Positions 10,443-20,631 of a stretch of DNA of 64,000 nucleotides are shown here, one piece after another. The DNA is taken from assembly GCA_963752805.1 (NCBI GenBank), contig CAVWAA010000008.1, forward strand, positions 78,384 through 142,383, given 5' to 3'. Numbering within the stretch: position 1 is the first letter of the stretch; each line of letters begins with the position of its first letter. Position numbers and translations under genes: made by a program. Under the pieces are notes generated by a model that was not told the DNA's origin, ran no database searches, and worked only from the letters and a program-made list of their open reading frames with translations. This DNA comes from Candidatus Binataceae bacterium. Lineage in GTDB: Bacteria > Desulfobacterota > Binatia > Binatales > Binataceae.

Positions 10443-10458
10443 TGTTTCACGTGAAACA
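10443..10458. promoter_or_regulatory. parS: parS centromere-like site (perfect consensus TGTTTCACGTGAAACA)
   Basis: Perfect 16-bp palindrome, extended to a 20-bp palindrome gatgtttcacgtgaaacatc, 17 bp upstream of the parA start codon. Confidence 0.85.
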
Positions 10459-10475
10459 TCGGAGGAGGCTGGGAT

Positions 10476-11375
10476 GTGGGGCGGCTCGTCGTTATAGCCA
10501 ATCAGAAAGGTGGCGTTGGCAAAACCACCACTGCAATCAACTTGGCAGTTGCGCTGGCCCAAACTAATCAGGCCCTCCCAAATCTGCCGATCTTGCTGGT
10601 CGATTTCGACCCTCAAGGTAACGCCACCTCGGGCTTGACGCCGCCTGCGGAACTCGGCGCGATCAAAGTTTCCGGCAGAACGATCTACGAGGTAATCGTT
10701 GGTCGCATCCCAGTAACTGATGCGCTCCGCAAGATTCGGCAGGACATCTTCTTGCTGCCGTCTGGCTCCGATTTGGTGGGTGCAGAAGTCGAACTGGCCG
10801 CGGTCGAGGGGCGCGAACGCCGCCTCAAGGAAATCCTTAATCCGCTCCGCGCTCAATACTCCTTCATCCTGATCGACACTCCGCCGTCGCTCGGCTTGTT
10901 GACGCTCAATGCCATGGTCGCGGCAGACTCGATCCTGGTGCCGATGCAATGCGAATACTATGCGCTGGAAGGTCTCAGTGCGCTGCTCAGTACGATCGCC
11001 AAGGTTCGCAAGGTACTGAATCCCGCGCTTCAGATCAGCGGAATCGTCCTGACGATGTTCGATGCTCGTAATCGGCTGAGTCACGAGATCGCGAGCGACG
11101 TCAACCGCCATTTCCCCGACAAACTTTTTCAGAGTGTGATTCCACGCAACGTTCGCCTCTCCGAAAGTCCCAGCCATGGACTCTCAGTGATTGAATACGA
11201 CAGTAAATCGACTGGCGCAGAAGCTTACCGGGCATTGGCTGAAGAAGTAGCACAGCGGGCCGGCGCCGCTCCTGCGGCCCCCCTGGCCGAGCCGTCAGCC
11301 GAACAGCCTCGAAAGTCCTGGAATCTGCGGGCGCTCTTTAGCCGGGACAGCGAGCGAGTGAGGAGAAGCGGATGA
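10476..11375 (+). CDS. parA: Chromosome partitioning ATPase ParA/Soj
   Basis: Deviant Walker A KGGVGKTTTAINLA, conserved LLVDFDPQGNATSGL and ILIDTPPSLGLLTLNAM. GTG start. Confidence 0.9.
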   Translation: MGRLVVIANQKGGVGKTTTAINLAVALAQTNQALPNLPILLVDFDPQGNATSGLTPPAELGAIKVSGRTIYEVIVGRIPVTDALRKIRQDIFLLPSGSDLVGAEVELAAVEGRERRLKEILNPLRAQYSFILIDTPPSLGLLTLNAMVAADSILVPMQCEYYALEGLSALLSTIAKVRKVLNPALQISGIVLTMFDARNRLSHEIASDVNRHFPDKLFQSVIPRNVRLSESPSHGLSVIEYDSKSTGAEAYRALAEEVAQRAGAAPAAPLAEPSAEQPRKSWNLRALFSRDSERVRRSG

Positions 11376-12299
11376 CACGAAGACCTTTGGGTCGCGGATT
11401 GGACGCTCTGATCGGTGGCGGTGATGCGGCCACGCCAGCTAACGGGCACATGGAGTCTGCAACAGAGCCAGCAGGGACGTCCCCGCTCACCGTATTGATG
11501 GTGGAGCCGGACCGCATTGTGATCAGCCGGTTTCAACCACGCCAGGTATTTGAGCCAAAGGCACTCGACGAACTCGCCGCCGCAATCAAAACCCAGGGCA
11601 TAGTCGAACCATTGATCGTGAGACCTTCGACTGCTGGCAACTACGAGCTTATCGCCGGTGAACGCCGACTGCGTGCGTCGCGATTAGCGAAGCTCGAGCG
11701 GGTACCGGTAATCGTACGCGAGTTGGACGACCGCGGCGCGCTGGAGATGTCGCTGGTCGAAAATCTTCTGCGTGAAGACCTTAATCCCGTCGAGGAAGGC
11801 AATGCATTCAGCCGGCTAAGCCGTGAGTTTGTGCTGACTCATGAGGAAATCGCCAGCCGGATCGGCAAGAGCCGGACCTATGTCACTAACATGATCCGGC
11901 TTACCGAACTGCCGCCGACGATTCTCGAAATGATCAATGCGAGGTATCCTGACCGCTGGTCAGGTACGGCCTTTGCTTACCCTTCAATCGGTCGATGAGC
12001 AAATCGAGCAAGCCCGACTTATCGCGGAGGGCAAGCTCTCAGCGCGTAACGCCGAACAGCTAGCGGCCGAGCGGAAGCGCTCTGGCAACAAGCTAAGCCC
12101 TATTTTACGGGCGAAAAACAGCTCTCATCCTGATCCAAATCTGAGGGCGCTGACAGAATCAATTCAACGCGCGCTCAAGCGCAAAGTACAGATAACCCAG
12201 CGCCGCGGCCGCCGCCCCGGACACATCGAGTTGGAATATTATAGCGACGACGACCTCACCATTCTCGCGCGCACCCTATCTCAACACGTGACGCAATAG
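11372..12299 (+). pseudogene. parB: Chromosome partitioning protein ParB, split into two frames by an apparent single-base insertion near 11942
   Basis: N-terminal 208-aa ORF carries the ParB box (LIAGERRLRASRLAKLERVPVIVREL) and ends prematurely. The overlapping 120-aa ORF in another frame carries the ParB C-terminal dimerisation region (...GHIELEYYSDDDLTILARTL). Removing one base in gcgAggt restores ...EMINAGILTAGQVRPLL... Confidence 0.75.
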
Positions 12300-12465
12300 G
12301 TCTTCTGTTATTCCGTTTTGCGACTGCTCCTCGGTGCCTGGGACGACAGGGTGGCACCAGAAGGCCATCGTCAAACGCATAATGGGGCGGCATAAGGAAT
12401 GCTCCTTTTTAACAACGAAACTGGACACGGCGAAGTAGCGTCTCTTAGATCAGGGAGTAATTGTT

Positions 12466-12939
12466 ATGAAGTCAAAAAGGAGAGTCCTAACAGCCCTCAT
12501 CGGACTCAGCTTATTGAGCATACCGCCAGGCGCGATGGCAGCCGTTCATTCGGATCGGCCCTCAACTCAGGTGACCTCTGTATCGCAAGTACCGTCGCAA
12601 CATTCGCCGATTGTTCTCGCCTATGAGGACGATGAACAACAATGGCGCCAACATCATCAGGATCACGACCGGGACCATCACAATGCCTATTGGGATCATC
12701 ACCACCTGAATCAGAACGACTACAACTGGGGTGGCCAACATCGGTATCAATACGCGCCGGGATGGTTTAACAGTCCGCCGTCAGGATGGGCTGGTGACCG
12801 CCGCCGCGAATACCTGGAGGAACGCCGCCGGGCAGCAATCAACATGCAACAGCAAATGCTGGCGCGCGGCGACACGAACGCCGCCCAGCGCCTGGGCGTT
12901 GTGATCGGCCAACTCAACAGTCAGCTCGGACATCGGTAG
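12466..12939 (+). CDS. Secreted histidine/aspartate-rich protein of unknown function (possible periplasmic metal-binding protein)
   Basis: 157-aa ORF with signal-peptide-like N-terminus (KSKRRVLTALIGLSLLSIPPGAMAA) followed by HHQDHDRDHHNAYWDHHHLNQNDYNWGGQHRY. No recognisable family. Confidence 0.5.
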   Translation: MKSKRRVLTALIGLSLLSIPPGAMAAVHSDRPSTQVTSVSQVPSQHSPIVLAYEDDEQQWRQHHQDHDRDHHNAYWDHHHLNQNDYNWGGQHRYQYAPGWFNSPPSGWAGDRRREYLEERRRAAINMQQQMLARGDTNAAQRLGVVIGQLNSQLGHR

Positions 12940-13039
12940 GCACTGCCGCCGGTGGCGCATTCGTTGGCTCGGCGCACCGGCTGCACTTTGGCGCCGGTGC
13001 GCTGCAAACTGACGGCGGAAGACGAGCAGGCACAGCTAT

Positions 13040-14044
13040 TCAGCGCCATGCAGTAGCGACTTCTTCCATTGCACGCATTACGCGGCGGCGCTTTTGTTCC
13101 GGGTCTGGTTGGAATGACGTAAATTGCAGGGCGGTCGTGGTGATCCCTGCCTGTTCGTAATCGCGGAGACGCCGGGCGATCTGTTTGGCTGTACCGAAGA
13201 CGAAAATAGATTCGATCATATGGTCCGGTACCAGCGAAAGCGCCTTGCGGCGGTCGCCAGCGTTCCACGCTTCGAGCGCCGCCCGGGCCTCGTCACCGTA
13301 GCCGATCCATTGAAAGAACCGGTTGTACTGCGGCACCGTCAAATAGGCAGTCAGCTCGCGGCGGAGATTTTCGCGCACGACCTCCTGCTCATCGTCAACC
13401 GCGACCAGAATGCGGCAGGCGATGTCGAGTGAATCAACGCTTTTGCCCCCTCTCTGCGCGCCTTGCCGAATTTCATTGAGCATCCGCGGAAAAGTCTCCG
13501 GCGTGATGTAATTGACGATCACGCCGTCACCGATTTCGCCTGCGGTCCGCAGCATCAATTCCCCCTGTGCACCAACGTAGATCGGCGGCGGCGTCTCGGG
13601 CGGTGCGCCGAGACGAAATCCGTTAATCGTCACCGCTTTGCCTGATGTGGTGACCCTTTGCCCCGTGAAGGCAGTGCGCAAGGCGGCGACGGTCTCGCGC
13701 AGACGGGTCAGCGGCATCCGATACGGCACACCCATCCATTGCTCGACAATCGTCGGGGTGGAAATGCCGACGCCGAGCACGAAGCGTCCCCCGGAGAGTT
13801 GCTGCACGGCCGCGGCCGAGAGCGCGATGAGTGCGGCGGGACGCGTAAAGACGGGCACGATGGCGGTCCCCAGCCGAATTCGTTCGGTGACGGCGGCAGC
13901 CGCGGCCACAGGAGTGAACGCATCGCCGGCCAATGTTTCATAGCTCCACGCGTCAGCGAACCCAAGCTTTTCGGCATGCTGCACGAGTTCAACGAAATGA
14001 CGATTCTGGAAGCCGTCGAGGGGAATAGTAATTCCGAGTCGCAT
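13040..14044 (-). CDS. LLM-class (luciferase-like) flavin/F420-dependent oxidoreductase
   Basis: 334-aa ORF. N-terminal MRLGITIPLDGF...AEKLGFADAWSYET and GGRFVLGVGISTP are hallmarks of the bacterial luciferase-like monooxygenase fold. Confidence 0.8.
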   Translation of the reverse strand: MRLGITIPLDGFQNRHFVELVQHAEKLGFADAWSYETLAGDAFTPVAAAAAVTERIRLGTAIVPVFTRPAALIALSAAAVQQLSGGRFVLGVGISTPTIVEQWMGVPYRMPLTRLRETVAALRTAFTGQRVTTSGKAVTINGFRLGAPPETPPPIYVGAQGELMLRTAGEIGDGVIVNYITPETFPRMLNEIRQGAQRGGKSVDSLDIACRILVAVDDEQEVVRENLRRELTAYLTVPQYNRFFQWIGYGDEARAALEAWNAGDRRKALSLVPDHMIESIFVFGTAKQIARRLRDYEQAGITTTALQFTSFQPDPEQKRRRVMRAMEEVATAWR

Positions 14045-14160
14045 GACTAAGAGGTTACCCTTCCTCCGAGTTTTTCAGCAACTCAGCAGTTGGGGCTTGT
14101 CTAGTAGGACTGGCTTTCAAGCTTGTCCCACAACTACCTGAGATGGAAGCAATGCGAGCG

Positions 14161-17022
14161 CTATGCTTCTTGCTTTATATTCAGGGCCTGTGCCAAGTGC
14201 ATTGGGTGCCGCCCGTTGCAGAATTGTCTAATTTGGGAGCGGCAGGCGAAGCCGTCGGCGATGATCAAAGTGTCTTCTGCGCTATCTCTGACGGCAGGAA
14301 TCAGCACACGCTCAGCGATCGCGCGCGACACCTCGAAGCGGCGGGCATCGTAACCGAAGGCACCCGCCATCCCGCAGCATCCGGCGTCGGGCGCCTCGAC
14401 GCACAAGCCTTCCGCTTTCTTCAGCAACGCCAATTCGCTGTTCATTCCTGCGAGCGCTTTTTGGTGACAATGGCCGTGGACCAGGGCGGCGCCCTTAAGT
14501 GGAGGGGGGCTGAATTGCGGTGCCTTGGCGACTAGAAATTCGTCGAGCAGCATCGCATTGTGCGTTAGTTTGCGTGCGGCGGAAAGACGCGGGAACAGCG
14601 CCGGCAGCTCATCCCGCAAAGTCAACAGGCAACTCGGCTCAAGGCCGACGATGCTGACGCCTCGCTCAACGAAAGGGCTCAGCTCGGCGACGATTTCGAG
14701 CAAACGCGAGCGGCCGGCGTCGAGCTTCCCGGCTTCGTACAATGGCCGTCCGCAACACAGGTCCTTCGACGGCAGGATCACTTGGAAGCCGGCGCGTTCG
14801 AGCACTTCGGTGGCGGCAATCGCGACCTCGGGTTCGAAGAAATTGTTGAACGTGTCGGGAAAGAGCAGCGCCTGCGGTGAGTCGTGGTTTCGCTCGGGCC
14901 GGTGCGCGAACCATCGGCGGAACGATTGCCGCGCAAACCTTGGCAGATTCCGTTCGGGATGGAGCCGCAGGAGACGTCGTAAGATCGAACCTGTGGACCC
15001 CTGCTGCAGAGTATTCAAGAGCATCGGCGCCAGCGATGCAGCGCGGGCGATTTCATGGATACGGCCGAAGAATTCCACCGGTAAAGGGCGGCGATGACTT
15101 TCGTAAAAATTGGCGAGGAATTCGGCCTTATACGCCGCCATGTCAACCGACGCAGGGCATTCGCTCTTGCAGGCCTTGCATGACAGGCAAAGCTCCAATG
15201 CTTCGTGCAGGGCGGGGTCGGCAAAGCCGTCAGCCAAGAGATCACTGGTGAGCGCCTCGTAAATCAGGTGCGCACGCCCGCGGGTCGAATGGGCCTCCTC
15301 GCGCGTGGCCATGTAAGAGGGGCACATCACACCGGCGTCGGTCTTGCGGCATTTACCAATTCCGACACACTTGAGCGCGGCGCCTGCCAGTCCACCTTCC
15401 GCGCTGAAATCGAAGCGGGTGCGGAGGGATTGAGGGCTGTAATTGATCCCGATTCGTAGATGCGCATCGAGCGGTTCTGGATGGGCGAGCACGCCCGGAT
15501 TCATCATCCGGTCAGGATCAAAAGCGGCCTTGAATTCATGGAAGGCGCCGAGCAGTTCCCTGCCGTACATCTTGGGGAGCAATTCGGAGCGGGCCCGGCC
15601 GTCGCCATGCTCACCGGACAGTGACCCGCCGAATTCCACCACCAGGTCGGCGATGTCGGTCATCGCGGCGCGGAACTTGGCGATGCCTGCGGCGGTGAAG
15701 AAGTCGAAGTTGATGCGGCAATGCACGCAGCCTTCGCCGAAATGACCGTAGTAGGTTGCTGCCGCAAGTTCATAACGCGCTAACAAAGGCACCAGGCGCC
15801 GCAAAAAATCCCCGAGCCGGGCGGGTGGCACTGCGCAATCTTCGGCGCCGGGCCAGGTACGGGCTTGACCAGGCAACAGAGCGCCCGCGCCAAGTCCGGA
15901 TTCGCGAATGCCCCATACCGCGCGCTGCTCGGACGTCTCCTGCAATATTGCCACACCGGTGCAAGCGGCAACTCGTTCAGCATCGCGCCTGACCGCTTCC
16001 GCCGCGGCCCGGAGATCCTCATCGGTTTCAGCGCCGAGTTCAGCAATCAAAAAGGCTCTGCCGTCTGGCAGGTATCGTACGCCGGGCATACCTCTTTCAC
16101 GAGCGAAATCAGGCAGACGATGGTCGAAGCCTTCAAGCGCCTGCGGCCGATGCTCCAGTAACCATGGCGTCTGATCGGCGGCGCCAAAGATATCGTCGAA
16201 GCCCATCACGACCATCGCGATTTTCTTGGGAATCGGCACCAGCCTGACCATTGCGCTGAGCACGACCGCGAGAGTTCCTTCAGAGCCAACGACCGCGCGA
16301 GCGAGATTGAACGCATTTTCGGGTAGGAGTTGATCGAGGTTATAGCCGGATACGCGGCGCGGAATTTTAGGATAGCGCGCGCGCACCAATTCACCGTAAC
16401 GTGCGGCGAGTTCGCGCATTTTGGTGTAAAGCTCCGCAACCCGCCCTCCATTCGTCATCGCCGCTAAGTATTCGCCTTCACCGCCAGCACCCAGCAGAAG
16501 ACGCGTGCCGTCGTAGAGCAGGACGTCGAGACTAACGATATTGTCGACTGTCTTGCCATGCGCCGCCGAATGCGCGCCACATGAATTATTGCCAATCATG
16601 CCGCCGAGCGTGCACCGATCCTTGGTCGCGGGATCGGGCGCGAAGAATAGTCCATATTTGGCTGCGGCGGCATTGAGCTGCGCCTGCACGGCGCCGGGTT
16701 CGACTACCGCCACCCGTTGATCGGGATCAACCTGCCTCACGGAATTCATGTACTTGGAGAAATCGAGCACCAGGGCCGTATTAGCGGTTTGTCCGGCCAA
16801 TGCGGTGCCGCCGCCACGTGGCAGAATAGGGATACGGTTCTCGCGCGCCAGCGCAACCGCGCGTCTCACGTCCTCCTCGTGCCGGGGGATTACAACCCCG
16901 ATGGGCACGAGGCGATAATTGGAAGCGTCGGTCGCGTACAGCGCGCGCGTACCCGTGTCGAAGCGCACCTCGCCCTCGATCACTTGCGCGAGTTTGTCTT
17001 TGAGGATGTCGATAGAAGTCAT
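14161..17022 (-). CDS. FAD-binding oxidase fused to Fe-S/CCG-domain subunit (glycolate oxidase GlcD-GlcF-like / D-2-hydroxyacid dehydrogenase, YdiJ-like)
   Basis: 953-aa ORF. N-terminal PCMH-type FAD-binding domain (VVIPRHEEDVRRAVALAREN...PRGGGTALAGQ). C-terminal ferredoxin-type cysteine cluster CLSCKACKSECP plus CCG-like cysteine motifs (CCGRPL, CCGMAG). Confidence 0.85.
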   Translation of the reverse strand: MTSIDILKDKLAQVIEGEVRFDTGTRALYATDASNYRLVPIGVVIPRHEEDVRRAVALARENRIPILPRGGGTALAGQTANTALVLDFSKYMNSVRQVDPDQRVAVVEPGAVQAQLNAAAAKYGLFFAPDPATKDRCTLGGMIGNNSCGAHSAAHGKTVDNIVSLDVLLYDGTRLLLGAGGEGEYLAAMTNGGRVAELYTKMRELAARYGELVRARYPKIPRRVSGYNLDQLLPENAFNLARAVVGSEGTLAVVLSAMVRLVPIPKKIAMVVMGFDDIFGAADQTPWLLEHRPQALEGFDHRLPDFARERGMPGVRYLPDGRAFLIAELGAETDEDLRAAAEAVRRDAERVAACTGVAILQETSEQRAVWGIRESGLGAGALLPGQARTWPGAEDCAVPPARLGDFLRRLVPLLARYELAAATYYGHFGEGCVHCRINFDFFTAAGIAKFRAAMTDIADLVVEFGGSLSGEHGDGRARSELLPKMYGRELLGAFHEFKAAFDPDRMMNPGVLAHPEPLDAHLRIGINYSPQSLRTRFDFSAEGGLAGAALKCVGIGKCRKTDAGVMCPSYMATREEAHSTRGRAHLIYEALTSDLLADGFADPALHEALELCLSCKACKSECPASVDMAAYKAEFLANFYESHRRPLPVEFFGRIHEIARAASLAPMLLNTLQQGSTGSILRRLLRLHPERNLPRFARQSFRRWFAHRPERNHDSPQALLFPDTFNNFFEPEVAIAATEVLERAGFQVILPSKDLCCGRPLYEAGKLDAGRSRLLEIVAELSPFVERGVSIVGLEPSCLLTLRDELPALFPRLSAARKLTHNAMLLDEFLVAKAPQFSPPPLKGAALVHGHCHQKALAGMNSELALLKKAEGLCVEAPDAGCCGMAGAFGYDARRFEVSRAIAERVLIPAVRDSAEDTLIIADGFACRSQIRQFCNGRHPMHLAQALNIKQEA

Positions 17023-17436
17023 CGGCGTTTCACAGGCTGAATTGCCAACTAGCCGAAAAGGTCAAAATCAGTTCTGTGCGCGGAGATTTTACTTCAGCCA
17101 CCAGCAGCGGGAGAAGAACCAAGCATGGTGGAAGAAACGACTCCGCGCGTAAGAATGAGCGTTCAACAGAAATAGCCAAACCTCCAAGACTTTGACCATG
17201 GCAAAAGCTTTTTAAGAGCGCCCTCCGGTGGCGGCCACCGCTCCCCTACGGGGAATTAACCTAGACTTCGTCTTCCCTGATGCGCGAGTTGCCTTCTGTC
17301 CCTTGCAGCGTTTTCCGCTAGCGCTACGTGATTCCATTTCTGAGCGGACGTTTGCTGATGGAAACACCGCTCCCGTGATGGTTCGCCCTCGCCGATCGCG
17401 TTCGATGCTCTCTAATTCCCGAGTTGGCAAAGTCCC

Positions 17437-18741
17437 ATGGCTGTGCCTAATCTCGCCTGGGGGAACAGTTGTCCGTTTACATGGAGGGGACCCATGGCAA
17501 ATGGAATCGGGACGCGTGCACCGGCCTACCGATGGATGATCGAAGCGCTGGTTGTCGTAATGCTCATCGTGCAGGTGATGGCGTGGTTGGCGCCGGCTCC
17601 GATCCTGGCGCCGATTGTCGCTTCACTGCACATCGGTATGGGCCAGTTCGGCCTGATTATCTCGATTATCTCGCTTTGTATCGGGATATTTTCCTTTCTC
17701 GGCGGTATCCTGACTGAGCGCTTCGGCACGCTGCGAACCCTACTGGTAGGCATTTGGCTACTGGCGTTCGGGGAAGTGGCGAGCGGGTTCAGCGGCGGAT
17801 ATGGCGCTTTGCTGCTCTGCCGCGTGGTAGAAGGAGTCGGTTATGGATTGATGATCGGGCCGCCGGCCGCGCTGGTTATGGAATGGTTCAGTGAACGTGA
17901 ATGGCCTTATATCAATACCGCCAACTCGATGATCGCCTATCTAGGTATTGCCGCTGTGTTCGCCATCACGCCACGCGTATATCATGCGCTCGGGTCCTCA
18001 TGGCAGGGGACGCTGACCTGCTATGGCGTTAGTGCAGTAGTCGCGGCGATACTATGGAGCCTGCTCGGCCGGCAGCGCCGCAGTGCGGCGAGTGCAGCGC
18101 ATCAGGCTCATTCGCCATCGAATCTTCCCGAAGTGCTGCGCATGCGGGGCGTGATCCTGATGTCGATAGCACTATTCGGGGGCATGTGGGTTTTCCAGAT
18201 CTATACATCGTTTCTGCCGGAGTTCTTCCGCGAATATCGCGGACTGGGGCTCGAAGAAGCGTTGACCCTGACGGGGTTACTGCCGCTTACCGGTATTTTC
18301 GCGGCCGGGCTGGGCGGCGTCGCCAACGGGATATTAGGCCTGCGCAAACCATTTTTGTGGCCGATGGCGATCCTGTCACTGGTCGGATATCTAGCGGCGA
18401 TTCTGCTAACCGAGATGGCGGGAATCTCGACCGGCTTGGTGCTGGTCGGAATTGGCGCTTCCGGCGGGTTGGCGGCGACGGCGACGCTGATGATGGAGTT
18501 GCCGGGAATGACGCCCGCGAAAATGGGACCGGCGTTTTCCACGATCTGGGCAGTCGGCTATACCGGCGCGTTCATCTCGCCGATCCTCGGCGGAATGCTG
18601 GTGCCATCGCTGGGTTTGCGCAACGTGTTGTTGCTGGCGGCAACCTTGCAAGTGCTGCCAATCATTTCCATGTACATGCTGCCGGAAACCGGCCCCGGCC
18701 GCCGTCCGCTGGCAATGGCCGCGTCACCGGCGGGCCGCTGA
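17437..18741 (+). CDS. MFS-family transporter
   Basis: 12 predicted hydrophobic helices. MFS-like motifs (GILTERFGTLRT after TM2). True start probably the internal Met at ~17495. The 3' terminus is duplicated at 22832-22876. Confidence 0.8.
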   Translation: MAVPNLAWGNSCPFTWRGPMANGIGTRAPAYRWMIEALVVVMLIVQVMAWLAPAPILAPIVASLHIGMGQFGLIISIISLCIGIFSFLGGILTERFGTLRTLLVGIWLLAFGEVASGFSGGYGALLLCRVVEGVGYGLMIGPPAALVMEWFSEREWPYINTANSMIAYLGIAAVFAITPRVYHALGSSWQGTLTCYGVSAVVAAILWSLLGRQRRSAASAAHQAHSPSNLPEVLRMRGVILMSIALFGGMWVFQIYTSFLPEFFREYRGLGLEEALTLTGLLPLTGIFAAGLGGVANGILGLRKPFLWPMAILSLVGYLAAILLTEMAGISTGLVLVGIGASGGLAATATLMMELPGMTPAKMGPAFSTIWAVGYTGAFISPILGGMLVPSLGLRNVLLLAATLQVLPIISMYMLPETGPGRRPLAMAASPAGR

Positions 18742-18820
18742 AGCTGCAAGCGGAGGATTAAGAGGCCCGGGAACATGCGGTAAGTCCTATTGCGCTATAG
18801 GCGGGTTTGTTGCCTGGACC
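18697..18820. repeat. Left copy of ~120-bp imperfect direct repeat flanking the low-GC islet (overlaps MFS gene 3' end)
   Basis: Aligns at ~80% identity with 22832-22951. Conserved core ggaggattaag-ggccc-ggaaca-gcgg-taa-tcctattgcgctata. Confidence 0.65.
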
Positions 18821-18904
18821 ATCCAGGTGGCTTCGTGGTCGGCACGGCCAGCGAACGCATAAGTTGAGGCATCCGCCTGCACGAACTCGAGTAGCTAGCT
18901 TAAT

Positions 18905-19180
18905 ATGTCGAAGTACTGTCCCGCTAACTGCAACGGTGCGGAGAAGATTCCGTCTGAGCTAACACCCGCACAGGTTGAGCTGATCAGGTCCGAGATAGCC
19001 GCAAAGAAGTACAAGGAACTTCCAGAGCTAGCGCCAGGGCACTATTTCTACACCTGCGACTATTGCCACGTAGTCTGGCAGGCGCCTGGCCAGTTTTCGA
19101 CCGATTCAGCGAGGCGGATCCTTGGCCGCATCACCAGAGAGACTTGGCTGCCTTTCCCAGCCAAGGGAGGCTGGGAGTGA
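18905..19180 (+). CDS. Hypothetical small protein with CxxC...CxxC zinc-ribbon-like motif (islet gene 1)
   Basis: 91-aa ORF. CPANC and CDYC pairs. Lower GC than the genome background. No family recognised. Confidence 0.45.
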   Translation: MSKYCPANCNGAEKIPSELTPAQVELIRSEIAAKKYKELPELAPGHYFYTCDYCHVVWQAPGQFSTDSARRILGRITRETWLPFPAKGGWE

Positions 19181-19941
19181 AATCCTAGGCTGGCCCCCCG
19201 CCTGGCGTCAGCGCCATTACGTTCTATGGGGCCGACCTAGCCCTGTGGCTCTTTCTCTGGGTCCTTCCGAATTATGTGTACTTCAAGAGACGTAGGGTTC
19301 TTGTTCGCGGGGGGCTGCTCAGCACGCCGGCGGCGCGGTTACAGCACCACACATTATCCTGCTTATTAGGGGAGTAATTCTTTGTCATGGAAGCGCTAGA
19401 CGATCTTAGTACGCTTCGAAGCGTTAGCGCCCTGTTCTTCAATGCCTTGGTTATTGTCAACTGATACAGAATAGATGAGAAGGACGCGAACGCAACCCGC
19501 GATGAACTTGAAATCGTAGGGTCGCGCCTTGAACCTCTGCGGACTCCGCCGATGCCGCCCCAGCCTTCAGGCGTAATGCCACAGAGGCTTACTCGTCTGC
19601 ATGTATCGGACGAGCTACTTACAGCATTGGGATTAACAGCAGATAATCTACGAATCACGGTTGAATTATTCAAGCCACGGCACCACGGACGGCGGGTGCG
19701 GCGTCTATCCTGGCTCAAATCGAGACCGCGGGCGCGCCGGAGGCGCAAATCGAACGGGTCCGCGAGGCGCTAGCCAAGCGTGAGTTGATCGACAAAACTC
19801 CGTGGTTTGGGTTGGTGCTTCCTTGATGGCTCAACGAGTTGAACTTAACTGCGAACGCGGGTTGCAGCCGGCCGACAAAGGTCTCTCACGGGCTGGTTCA
19901 GTTTCAGAAAGATCCATTCGACAAAACACGGTCCGCTTATA

Positions 19942-20631
19942 GTGCGGTTAATGATGGCTGCCAACGACATCGAGCTAGCCAACTGGACCTTGGTCACTTG
20001 GCATGAGGAGCAACCGGGAATGCGCCGTCACATGCAACAAGGTGCGATCCAGTACTTTGTTCGGCTTCAATGCGCGCATCTCAGGGAGGCAATCAATCTT
20101 GTCAGCGAGCTACGTAAGCAGCCGGATCTTATGGATAGGCTTTCGAGATGCACTCCAGAGGCTAGACGGGCGTTCACCAACCTTTTGGATTGCCTTCGCG
20201 ATGGACGGAATTACCAAAAATACGAAACCCTGATAGGCCGTATCAGAAACAAAACCGCCTTCCACTATGACCCTGCGCAGGTCACAAAGGCGCTGGAAAG
20301 ATTAGCCGAAGGGAATTCGTTCACAGCAAAAGTTACCCTAGGGATGGATCTCTTTCTTGAGAGGTTTAATCTCGCCGACACCGTGATGGACACGATTTTC
20401 GTTCGCGAGATCGTGGGCGTTGGACCGGGTGGCGACGTTAATAAGGAATTCAATCGCATTCGGGATTTCGTGAATGAACTGTGCACCAGCTATCTCCGCT
20501 TTGTGAGAGAATCGCGACCAATTATCTTCGCGAGTGCGCCGGACCGTGACTATAACTTAGCGGATTCGCTGAAATGCGACTTGCGGAAACTCTGCCCGGG
20601 GGCTGGAGTACCCCTTTTCACCCGTCCTTAG
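19942..20631 (+). CDS. Hypothetical protein (islet gene 2)
   Basis: 229-aa ORF in the low-GC region. Good coding character, no recognisable motifs. Confidence 0.5.
   Translation: MRLMMAANDIELANWTLVTWHEEQPGMRRHMQQGAIQYFVRLQCAHLREAINLVSELRKQPDLMDRLSRCTPEARRAFTNLLDCLRDGRNYQKYETLIGRIRNKTAFHYDPAQVTKALERLAEGNSFTAKVTLGMDLFLERFNLADTVMDTIFVREIVGVGPGGDVNKEFNRIRDFVNELCTSYLRFVRESRPIIFASAPDRDYNLADSLKCDLRKLCPGAGVPLFTRP

Noticed and set aside
12949-12980. Imperfect inverted repeat between convergent genes (12939 end / 13040 end) considered as a bidirectional terminator
   Set aside because: The stem is interrupted after 6 bp and there is no flanking T-tract; too weak to call.
14143-15745. Several 80-190-aa plus-strand ORFs opposite the 953-aa FAD/Fe-S oxidase gene
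   Set aside because: Antisense shadow ORFs typical of high-GC coding regions. The minus-strand gene has clear domain motifs.
19272-19748. 158-aa minus-strand ORF inside the islet
   Set aside because: Ser/Arg-rich low-complexity translation. The plus strand in the same region has better (though frame-ambiguous) coding character.
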